DNA of 51,455 nt, filler included, from Bipalium vagum (Eukaryota): NCBI GenBank assembly GCA_037834085.1. It is 3 parts of 3 records of this genome, joined end to end, with 100 filler letters (N's around TTAATTAATTAA, not from the genome) between each part and the next. Parts side by side here need not be neighbours in the genome. Positions count along the whole stretch, not along the records: positions 1 to 19,885 come from JBBMKC010265443.1; positions 19,986 to 35,736 come from JBBMKC010148089.1; 1 more part is not named here. One strand, 5' to 3'. The translations under genes and the position numbers were made by a program. The notes beneath the pieces are model-generated. The model made no database searches. It was not told the origin of the DNA and saw only the letters and a list, made by a program, of their open reading frames with translations. Below, in pieces: positions 16,879 to 29,179 of the stretch; position 1 is the first letter of the stretch; every line of letters starts with the position of its first letter.

Positions 16879-17345
16879 ATTTTCATATATATAAATTTAA
16901 AAAATTATCAATGTTAATAAAAAACGAAGATTAATTAATTCAAATTTCGTGTTAGGTTTAAAATTATGATAATTAATTAAAAGAACTCCCTAATTAGTAT
17001 GTACGTTTTTGATGAAAAATTAAAGTTAACTTTTAAAATAACTGACCTTTATAAAATTAAATTTATTGTTTTTTATTTTAGTATTTAAGGGGAAATAATT
17101 AGTTTAATTTGATTTAATTTTTTATAGTTCTAAAAAATAATTTATATATTATTTCGTTTGAAATGAAAATAAAATTGAAATATTTCATGGCTATTTTTAA
17201 ATTTATAATAATTTGATGGTTAAATATTTGAATGATACAAAACCATTTAGCCTTAAAGGTTATGTTACAGAAAATCCAATTGGTAATCAGAAAAAAGGCA
17301 ATTATAATTTCTCTATTTAGACTTAATTAAACATTTAATTAAATA

Positions 17346-17754
17346 CCGTAGATACGCGAGTGTACCGCGAGATTTTTTAGCTGCAATTGGAGTGAAATTT
17401 GGAGAGTCACGGTATTCTCGAGACACAACAATAATTTAATTTATTGGACACTGATTTCACATGTCGGAAACTTTAGAAACTTGTTACGATAGCTAGGGAT
17501 CGAAATCGATCGTTTGTTGCTCAAAAGACTAAATATTCACATGTTAATAAGAATGGGTTCTGATAAAGAGATTCTGGTTAAGAAATTTCAATGTAAAGTT
17601 AATGGTGTTTTGAAAAAAAATATATTTTACCTGTTCACAATACATAGCATTTGGCCAATTTTTACTCTCGCGTTTTGCATTTTCTAATACTTTTTCACCC
17701 AATTTTGTATATCTTGCGTTATAGTCGGGTGGCGTTATACTCGCGTATCTACGG
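17346..17754 (+). mobile_element. non-autonomous pogo-like DNA transposon (409 bp)
   Basis: TIRs CCGTAGATACGCGAGTGTACCGC and GCGTTATACTCGCGTATCTACGG, flanked by TA on both sides (17344-17345, 17755-17756). Subterminal GCGTTATA repeat present. Confidence 0.8.
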
Positions 17755-18885
17755 TAAGTTTAATGCCATTATAAATTTTAAAATTTAAATTACCATTAAT
17801 AATAATAATAACACTATTAAAAATAAATATATTTTAAACATTGGTAAAGTTTTACTTAAAACCCTGTGTAAAAATTAAACTGATTCCTCATCAATATAAT
17901 TGTTGAATCCCTTTTACAGAAAAATTAATTGAACACAAAATCTTAATAAACTTTATTTAGGAATTACAAGTTTTACAATGACACTTTTTAACAGGCAGTA
18001 CGCGGCACTATCACTAATGAATAATAAAGAAAATCAATTACGTATAAGTCAAGTTTGGAATGAAATGTAATCAAATCAGCTTATCAATTATGTTGGGGAA
18101 CAACAAAGACACAGTTTTATTGTTTAATTAATCTTTGTAAGATAGTTAAAGCTCACCAACTCTCACTGAATGAAGTATATATAACAGGAGAACTTTAACT
18201 AAGAGCAAATTATATTTCAAAATATGTATTTGATATACACAAGCTTTATTACAATGAAATTCTTTATTAATTATTATTATTTATATTTAGATCCTCTTAA
18301 TAAGGAAAAATCGAAGAAATCCTATGTTTAGAAAAAATCTTACTCTAAATCCTAGAGGTTTGTAGAGTAGCGTTGCCAGAAAAAAATAAAAAAGAAATTA
18401 GAAAATTTATATTAAGATAATGTAAAATCTGTTGTAATTACCGAATTATTTATTTATGAATTATTTGTCCGAATTCAATTAAATATTGATAATTCATCTT
18501 TTATTCCAAATTTAATTAATGAATTTATTCCTTTTGTAAGAGAACTTTTACTTTTGTAATCGTAGTTTTTCTAAATAATTTTCTACTTTAATTTTTTGTG
18601 TGACTTTTGCTGAAAACAAAGTCTTATATAGTCTTTTTTTCAGTTTTTAAGTCTTCTCATTGGTTGTTTATAAAACTAATAAAACTCATAACTAAACTTT
18701 ATTAATATTTTTCTAATTCTGTAAAATATTTACTATAATTAGACATATTTAACAATCCTCACTCACTGATTTGCGTGCCTCCCGGCACACATACTCGTTC
18801 GTTCGTCAAAAACGTGTTTATAAGCAGGGTACATTTTGTGTCGTATAAAAAAAATAACTGTAAAAATCAAATATTTTCTTTAAAA

Positions 18886-19218
18886 ATGGAAACCAAAAGA
18901 AACGATTTAAATAACCTATCAAATCTATAAGTAATTAAAATTGAAAATAAATTTCCCCAAAATAAATATTATGAAATATATTTACGAGCTAAAAATTTTA
19001 ATTTAGAAGAAAAAGATTTAACATCTTATTCAAATGATTTATTATGGTTAATAGAAAATTATACATATGAACTATATAAGAATAAGATTACACAACAACA
19101 TGAAAATCTAAATACTAATATTATTTTTAACTACTCTAAAATAAATGAAAATCTAAGGGTGGAAATTTTAAGATTTTATCAAGGAAAATTAATCAAATTT
19201 TTAAATAAAACTCAATAA
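18886..19218 (+). pseudogene. intronless ~110-codon ORF with one internal stop, unknown product (possible virus/Polinton-like relic)
   Basis: METKRNDLNNLSNL*VIKIENKFPQNKYYEIYLRAKNFNLEEKDLTSYSNDLLWLIENYTYELY...VEILRFYQGKLIKFLNKTQ*. Has 95 stop-free codons in extremely AT-rich DNA, with TATAAAA upstream at 18845. Confidence 0.4.
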
Positions 19219-19286
19219 TTAGTTTTTAATAATCTTTTAATTATATCTATTTTTTAATTGTATATATTTTAATCATTTAAGATTCA

Positions 19287-19399
19287 ATGAAAGGAATTTT
19301 AAATATGAATAATAATAAAATAATAAATATTCCTAATCCTATTGATGATAATGATGTTGTAAATTTAAAATGTTTAAAAGAAATAAAACAAAAAAAATA

Positions 19400-19400
<1 letters not shown>
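19287..19400 (+). pseudogene. short ORF with a YadA-stalk/fibre-like motif
   Basis: MKGILNMNNNKIINIPNPIDDNDVVNLKCLKEIKQKK*, matching the pattern G-x-L-x-M-x-x-N-K-I-x-N-[LIV]-x-x-P-x-x-x-x-D-[AV]-V-N. Confidence 0.45.
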
Positions 19401-19439
<39 letters not shown>

Positions 19440-19592
19440 TTTACCTGTGGGTGTTAGCGAGGAAATAAAATTAAAATATAAAGTTAAATAAACAAAATCA
19501 TTACCGGGTGTGCAAATTCGTATCCAGATTTATAGTTAAGGAACAGACCTAAATATTAGATAAATAAATATATCATGTTTTATAAAATAAAT

Positions 19593-19885
19593 AAAGTTTT
19601 ATGACTTTTATGAAAAATATGAATTAACGGATCCGAAAGCCGATTATAAAGAGCGACTAAGAAACGCTTTCGGCAGACCAAAATCTAGAGCAAAGGATCT
19701 GAAAGAAGCGTCTAGTTATAAACGTGGGGAAGAAGATGTCGACGTGTACGCGAAAAGGGTTACTGAATTAGTAGACCGATTAATGCAATATACGTGGGAC
19801 AAAGAGATCCTGAAAAGTGAATTGTTACTGCACTGTTGCAATGATAAAGACATGTGGCAACATCTGCAGAGAAAAGAGAAGAAGG
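19593..19885 (+). mobile_element. Ty3/Gypsy gag-like fragment running into the contig end
   Basis: KFYDFYEKYELTDPKADYKERLRNAFGRPKSRAKDLKEASSYKRGEEDVDVYAKRVTELVDRL resembles the retrotransposon gag major homology region (..Q/R.G.E.V..Y..R...L). Confidence 0.6.
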
Positions 19886-19985
19886 NNNNNNNNNNNNNNN
19901 NNNNNNNNNNNNNNNNNNNNNNNNNNNNNTTAATTAATTAANNNNNNNNNNNNNNNNNNNNNNNNNNNNNNNNNNNNNNNNNNNN
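19886..19985. other. artificial contig spacer N44-TTAATTAATTAA-N44
   Basis: Exactly 100 nt with a palindromic six-frame-stop core, identical to the spacer at 35737-35836. Confidence 0.97.
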
Positions 19986-20300
19986 CCGTCTGACACCACC
20001 AAACTGATATCAAAATCTTTTTTGGATGCAAACTTGGTTTTGGAGAACAATTTGGAACTGAATCAAGATCTAACCACTCAGATGGACGTTTACGGTTATC
20101 GTAAAGAATCAATTTTTCATCACACGTAATTATTCTGCGCAAAAATTGATTATTTTTATTTCTTTGAATCAGTTTTGATAAGATATCATATCTCATTTGT
20201 TTTTGATAATCAGTTAATAAATGCGGTATCCACTTATTTAACATTTTAACCTTGTAAATTTCCTTTAGGTGTTGAGAAACAGTTGAAATAGATACTGATA
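19986..20300 (-). mobile_element. mariner transposase fragment
   Basis: WIPHLL (WVPHEL motif), FLRRIITCDEKLILYDNRKR (first catalytic D), PKPSLHPKKILISVWW. Confidence 0.9.
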
Positions 20301-22559
20301 ATTGCTGTATTAATAATATATATTTTATTGATATTTATAAAAAATTTCTAATTAATAATTAGAAATATATGATAGACCTAATACAGCAGTACCAGTTTGA
20401 TTAAAAAAGTTTCTATATAAAATCATTAAACAGAGTTTAAAAATATCGATAAATAAATCGGAAAACTACAGAATAAATAACAAAATAAAATAAATAAAAC
20501 AGAATCCGTAAATTCTACGAATATAATAGCTGCCTTAACAGATTTCTTTCTTCAACAATCATATCAAATTTAATACATTTCCTCAGGAGAAATTTTCAAA
20601 TCGATTTCTTCTTCCTTTTCATAACAAAAGAGTTTAGAAATTATTTTTTTTATCACATTTATTTATTCCAAAGGTCACATTGTTTTATTTTATTGAGTTA
20701 CTATTGGATACAAATAAATCCAATCAAGCTCAGAAAACTGCAACAATTTTCATTGAAAATTCATAACTGATTAAAAATAATTTATTATTTTAAAAATGGC
20801 TTTAAATGGAAAGCCCAAAGTTCTTATTAGTATCATTTTAAAGTAAGATATATTTTGTTGTGATTTTTAGATGAAAAAATAAAAATTATTGTTAAAATTA
20901 CAAAGAGAATCGTATTTCAAGAGAAATAGAAAAAAAATAATGGAAAAAATAATAGCTTTAAGAAATAAATATGAATTTAAAAAAGAAATGAAATAAAAAT
21001 ATTTAAAATTAATTATCAATAAATCAATTTATCATTTAATTATTATTAATTTATAAAATATCAATATTAAAAATTATATATTTTAAAATCATTAATTAAT
21101 TATTTTTGAAATATTTTTAATCATACTTTTTCTCATCAGCGATTCATAAAAGACATTTAATTAAAAGATTGTGAAAGAAAGTGTAGGTTTTAATCTCGTA
21201 AAAAGGAATACTAAATGAAGATGAGACTTTAATCCAAGTTAAAAATTTAGTTATAAAAGATTTTAGTTAAAGAGTTGATGATCTTTATATATTTTTTTTC
21301 GAATATTCAAATTTTCCATTACTTTTCTAAAAAATATTTTTACGGGTATTTTAATAAATGAATAAATTAAAAAAATATTTTATTTTTTATATTTCAGATA
21401 AAAATATATTTCGATTTAAAAAATTAAAGAATAATTAATATATTTTATAAGAAAAAGAGAAACAAAGGTGTTTCGAAGATTGTTTAATACTTGGTTATTG
21501 AGACTGAAATATCTTTCTGGACTTAACAAAATATCAAAAATAAAAATCATTTTTATTTGATTGTGATAAAATATTTTCTTTTTTTCAATTATTAAATTTA
21601 TTTAGTATTTATTAAAATGTTAATTATCCATATTTTATCATTGATAGCATTTAGATGAAGTAAATGATTTATTAGAAGGTGGTCCATAATTTATGAATGA
21701 AATGAATTTCAGAAAGATCCCTCAAAGATTATTAAAAGAAAACTGGTTATAAATTGTCCTAACATTTTTGAATTTTAAAAGAAAATAATAATTATTATTA
21801 TAAAATCACACTTTTGATGTTTTGAAGCTCCAAAGTCAAATATAAACAGATTAAAAAATTTTTAATCGTTATTTTATTAGACATCATCGAAGAAACCATT
21901 AGTGAGGTGATTTTCATAATTAATAAAATAAATAATCATAATTAAAAAATATTTCTGAATTCTCTTTTCAAAAGTAATATAATAAAATAAAAACAAGAAT
22001 AATAAAAACTATTTTATTCTTAAAAACCTCTTTTCTTTTATATGTTTTATAATTATATTTTTGTTTAACTATAAAAAATATCTGAAACCTTCTAAGAGTT
22101 TTCCTTGGTTGAAACTTTTCTTCCTAATAAACATCATTGCTGTACAAATATTATTTATTTATATTTTTGACATTGTTGAATTTAGCACTATATTTATTTC
22201 ACTATAATGAAAAAGTTAAATTAAAAATCTTCTAAGATTTGCTTTATGATAACCTATTTTCCTTTACTTAACGGAACTTAACTGATAAAATTTGAAAGGA
22301 AACTGAGGTACAAACATCTTCGCTTCAAACTTGGTACATATTTCTGAGCTATTGATACTGAAGGATATTTTGTATAATCAAATGATACAGACAGTAATAA
22401 TGGGATATTTTAACTATTTCTTAAGCTCCACTGACTTCAGTTTAGGATAAAAAGAATAATTGAGAAAGTTGTTTTGATGGGTATATCAAATAAAAGAATA
22501 TCAAAAGGTCATTTATTGTCTTAGGCCTTTGATTTAAACTGGAAGCGGTAAATCTGGAA

Positions 22560-23408
22560 ATTTTCTATTTGATATTTGTCAATCACAAAAGCAATGCATT
22601 GGACAAATGCGGGTCGTTTTCGTCGAACTAATTATTGATCATAACATTTCCAGGTAGCCTATTGATATGTTTTTGAAAAATTAATTTTTCATCATTTCTT
22701 TCTTTTCTTTTCAAACGGATTAGTTGCAATCGATAATGTTTATCAGATATTCTCAATGATGGGATCAGCCATTATTACAAGTAGACGTATCTGATCAAAG
22801 TGGATCATAACGAAACTTTCTAATCATGAATATTCTGCTTCACAGTTGATGGACCAGTTTCACATGACAACACTGAAACCGATTAAACTTTTGGAATGTC
22901 GTGATGATTTCCTTTCATCTGCAATAAATTATCCAAAAATATTTTCTTTTCCATCTCTAAATAAGATCATACAACTTGCTTTGAAGTATTCTTCATTTGA
23001 CTATCACATAGTGCATCATCACTAATTCTTATTTTTCACTCATCTCTTCTTCCATTAACATTTTCAATTCTTTATCTTCTGGTTTTGGTCATTTTCCATG
23101 AAGAAAGTCATTTTCTTCGTGATCGACTTTTTAAAATCTTCAATACTTCTTTTTGCCAGTCAAACTCAATGGAGCATGTACAACAAGTTTCTTAAAATAA
23201 CTAATATATTTCTGTATGGTTCTATAACTTAAAAAAATATTTGCATTTTTATTCTTTAACATATATTATTTGCACCACTTTATAGAATTTTGTTCGGTGA
23301 ATTTTTGTTTGAATTTTGTTATGATGCAATTTCAAAATATTAATATATTCATAATATTAGAATGTTCTTCTGAACAACGCCAAGAAGGAATCATGTAACA
23401 CCCTATAA
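22560..23408 (-). mobile_element. heavily decayed mariner-like remnant
   Basis: GPSTVKQNIH (cf. STAKPNIHGKKV) and a terminal CACCCTATA TIR-like end. Many stops. Confidence 0.4.
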
Positions 23409-23539
23409 ATAAAAAATGTGACTTTTCTTTAATGTTACATAAAAATCAACGGATCAAAGATATTAGATGAAGGTAAAAAGATTTGAAGTCTTTCTGAAAT
23501 CCTTCATTTATAAAGAAATTTAAATATTTTTGTGAACCA

Positions 23540-24330
23540 CAAAACTAGCTATGTATTCCAGTTTACAGTGAACCTCCGACGCCCTATTTTGTACGTATTT
23601 CTGGTCCATTTTTAAAATAAAAATATATTCTTTAGTTAAGGTTTTGAGAATTTATGGGCACTTCAATTCCTATTGTATATAGCTTGCTTCAAATCTTACC
23701 ACAAATCTTCAATTGGTTGTGCTTTAGGGACATTTGCCAGATTATTAGTTTTTTTAATAAAGTTCAAGCTCCCATCTTTTAAGTACTTCAGTACCTTTTT
23801 TGAGTAGTGAGATATATCAGATCAAATTATAGTGCTTCTTGATGAATGGCATCAACCAACACTTAATGTATTCATTGAGGTACACCTCTTGATTAATTGC
23901 CTGATTGCCGGATTAAAAATGGCTTGGAAACACCTAGAGATAAAATAATTATCCATAAAAATGCCTTTTCTTAATATTTTAACTTTAAATGGCGCTTAAT
24001 ATTAACCGAAGCGATTGGCATTTTATTTGAAATATAGTGTAGATTTCCAGCTAGTATGTTATTGGACAAGGTAAAATAGGATTCATCATTTAACATAGAA
24101 ATAAAATTTTTGTATGTCATGAGAAGATATCGGCATTTAGGTCTCATTTGTTTCAGCTGTAATGGTGTCGTTTCGGTAATATACTTTTGTCTAATCATAA
24201 CTAGAGACAGGATTTTTACGTGCTGCATATTAATTACCATAATTTGGCCTTCAGCAAATGAAATGTACACAGAACTTAATTGCACCAAAAACGGATTTTT
24301 TATCATAGGTTGCACAAAATAAGGCATTTT
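23540..24330 (-). mobile_element. DD37E-type (ITm) transposase remnant
   Basis: LNDESYFTL, AINQEVYLNEYIK..LMPFIKKHY, SHYSKKVLKYL, NLANVPKAQPIEDLW. Confidence 0.75.
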
Positions 24331-24684
24331 ATTAATTTTTATTAATTTAAAATAATTAATTTTTCAAATTTAATTAACAAATAATAATATGCCAAGTACT
24401 CCTTAAAAATTGAAAAAGCTTACCCAGCAATATCAGTCCGATAAAAATATTAGCGATGGGGGTAATTTTAAAATATCAATTATGTCACATTATTATTAAC
24501 GTTGACAATAAGCACCAAACATCTTTAATTCAACAGCATTTTAAAAGTGCTCGTCACATGATTCATAACATGATACTTTTGAAGAGTAAAACAGAAAAAG
24601 ATGTTTCAAAACTTGATCTATTGAAGACCAGTATCAAATCCAGGATTTTATGAAGTGGTTGGGTAACTCAAAATTAAAATAAGG

Positions 24685-24708
24685 ATATATATATATATAT
24701 ATATATAT
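24685..24708. repeat. (TA)n microsatellite
   Basis: Direct reading. Confidence 0.9.
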
Positions 24709-26039
24709 TAAGTGCCGGATGATATTAGCTATTAAAAACCCTAATTATATTATCTATGAAATTTTAAAAAATTCTTTTAAACCATAAAACAGTATTTTTA
24801 AATAAAAAAAATCTTAAAATTTTTCCGATTTTTATTATATCATTTATTTTTAATGCCACTAATGAGTTGAAATTTTTCTGTTCACTGAAGAATATTTGTT
24901 CCTCACATGGTCTTTTGTTATCAGTTTCGATTATTATCTGATGTTTAATTGATGATATTCCGTATAGTCATTAAAACATCTATTTTCAACTGAAAAGTAC
25001 ACGAAATTTGAGAGCAGTCTTCAATATTAATTCTAATGTGGAAACTTAAATACGTCTCCCATATTATAGTTGAAATCAACATTGAGGTCAGATTAACTTT
25101 TAAAATTTTCTTTTATACCTAATTAAAATCGTTAAATGTTTTATTAATTTGACAACAAGTGAAGTGTATTCTAAATTTTGTGATGCACTCAATAATATGG
25201 TCTATTGAAAACCTTAATATTTGGTGATAAATATTGCAAAGGTTTTGTTTACTCTGTACAGACCCAGGTTGATTTTTGTTTTCCGTACTTAGGTTTACAA
25301 TCTAGCCTTAACAGAATATGTTTCCTCAAGTATTTAATGGGCTTGCGCTACTGATTTTCGAATGTCAAATAAAATCCGTAGTACAGTTATGAAATTTAAT
25401 TTTGCAATTTATTTATTGCATCTTCTAAAAATGTTTATTTTAAAAAATAGCATTTCTAAACCTAAATAACCTTACATTAGATATTCAGATTTGTTATTTT
25501 GACTTTATTACAAATATAACTAACGTTATTGATTATAATTTTAGACCAGAATTGATGTATCCTCTTAATAAACAAAATTTAATATTGAACAATTTTAAAA
25601 ATTTAATTTATCTTTTTAAAAATAGACTTCATTTCTTACTTTCTATTATTTATTAAGTTCACTACGCCCTAAATTATTTATAATACATGATTTCATTCGA
25701 TCACTCGATTATCTTACACCATGAAAATTATCTCATTTTGCCCTAATAACAGTCATGATTGTCAGCTTTCTTTAAATTTAATGCAACCATTAGGTCATAG
25801 CTGTTCGAAACTGTTTTAGATAAAAAATTTCCTGTCGACTTAATTTTTCTTTTGATTCAATAAAATTCTATGAAATTATGGTCTCCAAAATAGATAAAGA
25901 TTTTTACGAGGTCATTATTAGAGCATTAAAAGAAAGATGTCATAAGTAGATTTTTAAAAAATGTAATTTAAAATTTCAGGTTTAAAATCATAACACTAAG
26001 GAGATTTACATGATTCATCTTATTTTTAGTTTTTAAGGA

Positions 26040-26600
26040 CTGTACCGAAGAGTATGGAAACAAATTCTGCACTAAATTTCTGTTAGCGTCCACATTGTAA
26101 AATTGAAACATAGGTCAATACATTGTTTATTGAAAGTCAAGCCTCTTCCGAAAATCTTTTATTAAAAGTCCTTATTACTGATTAAAATGCGAGGACTTAA
26201 TCGATATCAGAAAAATAATTTTGGACATTTGTTGTAATGAAAATAGAATATCCACGAGGTCAAGCGAAACGCGAGGATGATAGCCTGAAAGGAGTCTCCG
26301 ATACAATAAGGAAATATAATCATGATATGTCATTTAAAGACAAGCCAGAAACTGGAAGACTTCTAGGTTTATGCAATTTTAAGTTAGATTCTACCATTTG
26401 CTCATCAATGAAAAATATATTTTGTTACTCTTCGAAATATTTATAGAAAATTTAAGACATGTGTTGGTATGGTTCAAGAAATTTCATTAATAAACGAAAT
26501 CGATTCAACCTTACAAGAAGCGCCAAAACTAATTTAAAAAGCTGGACTAAAATTAAAAATATTCTTATAAATTAGGAAAGATGTAGAGAGTGATCTTTTG
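26040..26600 (+). mobile_element. Tc1/ITm N-terminal HTH remnant
   Basis: VSDTIRKYNHDMSFKDKPETGR (degenerate D.PRSGRP AT-hook region). Confidence 0.5.
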
Positions 26601-27721
26601 TCCAATAATATTTTATAAAATATTTTAAAAATTTAATTTCTAATCATAAAAAAATTACAATTTTTGAGATGCTCTTCAATATTTATACTTTAACTTTATT
26701 TCTTAAATTAATTCAGAAAAAAATAGAAAGAGAATAAATCTATTTAAAAATTATAAGGATGAAAAGAAGTATTTAAAAATCTATATATTTCATTCCAATT
26801 TAAACAAAAATCATGTTTTTTGTTTTTTAAATTATTCTTTTATTTTTTGCCGCAGGTCAATCAGATTTTTCGGTTTGAAAAATAAACAATAGTTCATTTT
26901 TTGAAAAATGAACAAAACCTGCTTTGTAATTAATTACATTTTTTGTTTTATTAAAGTATTATTCACAGATAGATCTTTTAATAGATCTTCGATATTGTAG
27001 CGAGAATTTTCAGTGAAATACAATTTAAGAAATTTTCATTTTTCAGCCAGAAATTCTTTTTATCGGAATTGAAAAGTGAAAATAAATTAAAACAGAAATA
27101 AATTAAATTAGAAGGGTCTTGATGGACACATTGATCTTAATAGAAACACTTCAGTTTAAAAAAAAATAAAAAATATTCACATTTTAACTTTGATTTTTGA
27201 GTAGATTCTATTTTATCTCAATATATATAATATAACGACTCAAAATATAATATATTATTAATTAATATTACTTGTTAATTGAATAATACACAAAATTCGT
27301 TTAAATATTAATCAAATCAAACTTCTGCTTAAAAGCTAATCCTCCTTAATTAAAATAATACAGAAATAAAAATATTCTCAATTTTCTTTTAATGCTGGAT
27401 TGGCAAAAGATGCACGAGCATTCTTAAAGTTTTAATATTTTATTCTCCATGTTTTAAAATATAAATTTTCATGTTATTAAATTTCCTTATCATCAAAAGG
27501 AAGGAATATTCAAATATTAAAATATATTTTCAATTGAAATAATTAAATGATTATTTTTATTATTAATAATTTCACATTTTTACCACTGGAAATGATTAAA
27601 ATCAATAGAACCGAACTTCGACTTGGGATACCAAATTTCAAAAGGGGTCCAAAACAAGAACTTGTTCTATTATTAGAAGTTGACTCATCAAAAAATCATA
27701 AAACCGTGTTATACGTATTAG

Positions 27722-28039
27722 TTATATTAATGTATTAGTAGAAATTAAGAAATAATAAAGTCCAATAAATAACATTATTACTATTTTAATAATAATAATA
27801 TTTAAATTTTTTTGAATCAAATGTTTGTTTTTATTCCATGTTCTTTTCCTAAACGAATTATGACTTTCTAGTTTATCGATTTCTATTCTAATGTGTTCTG
27901 GACAAAAGATCAATATAATGTAATTATATGAAAAAATTCCAAATTTCTATTTCTTTCTATTCTGATGCTTACTAAGTTCACTAAACATACGTAACAAGAA
28001 GGAATGGGGTTTAAAAGGAAGTAAAATATTCTTTGACAT
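27722..28039 (-). CDS. candidate two-exon 74-aa protein with C-terminal hydrophobic segment
   Basis: Exon 28039-27991, donor GTATGT, 93-nt intron, acceptor TCTTTTGTCCAG, exon 27897-27722; the phases are compatible. No homology recognised. Confidence 0.25.
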
Positions 28040-29179
28040 CGGAGACACAAGTTTTAATTACAATTATTCTATATTTCGTCAATAAAAAATCATTTTAAAA
28101 TATTATTAATACAAAAGTAATTATATTATTTCCTAAAAATATTATATTATTTTTTCCCTAATTTTTAATGTAACTAACTATTTTTTTATTAATGTATTAA
28201 TTAAACGCACTTTAACAAATGCAGCATTTAATTAAGTGCACCAATTTTATGAGAACAATTTACAAAAGTATTAGGACCTCATGTGGATAATTAACAGAAG
28301 TTGTATCATGGATATTATTACACAATTAAATGCTAAAGTATAATTAAATAGGGACGTATTTTTATTATTAATTTAATTGTTATATATGACGTAAAGTCGT
28401 TGATTTAAATGATGTGAATATTGTTGAATAACATTTTAAAATAATAATAACAATAAAAATACAAAAAAGTTATGAAAACATGGGGGACATAAGAAATGAC
28501 TTTCGGATGTTACTAATTTGTGATTTGGTAACATCAAGCCAATATTTTTTCGTTCGTCATGGAAATGTGTCGCTCTGTGAAATTTATTCAACCTTCGTTC
28601 TCTTTAAAAGTTGTATAGTTGAATGAAATGCTGTGCTATCCGTATTCAAGTCATATTCTAAATCTTATATAATTACTTATCAATCATAAATTATACCGCC
28701 ACCTATTTATATATTATTATATAGTCGAAGAAATGTATCTGATTAAATTAGATTGAATAAACAACATGCAATAATTCTTATGCAATTCAATCATACAAAT
28801 AAATACATTACATCGTTATATGACATGTATGATTATAATTTTTTATTTATTAAAATAACATGTTAAAATTTTGACAATAATTACCCATGATCTGAGAATT
28901 TCAAACTAATTTAAATAAAATAGAACACAAATCAAAAATAAAAACTTTCTCAGAATTATTTTATTATTATTAATATTAATAGGATTTATTTTTTCTCATT
29001 AAATATATTTTTAATTAACATTTTATAGAACACAACAATATTTATTACTAATAAGTCCTCATTAATAAAATTACAGTCCTAATAAAATATTTAGAAATTT
29101 AAAAATATTTCTTACTAATTGTGAAATTTATTTTTATTGTTAATTAAAAGAAAATAAAGTGTTAAATTCTTTCAGATTA

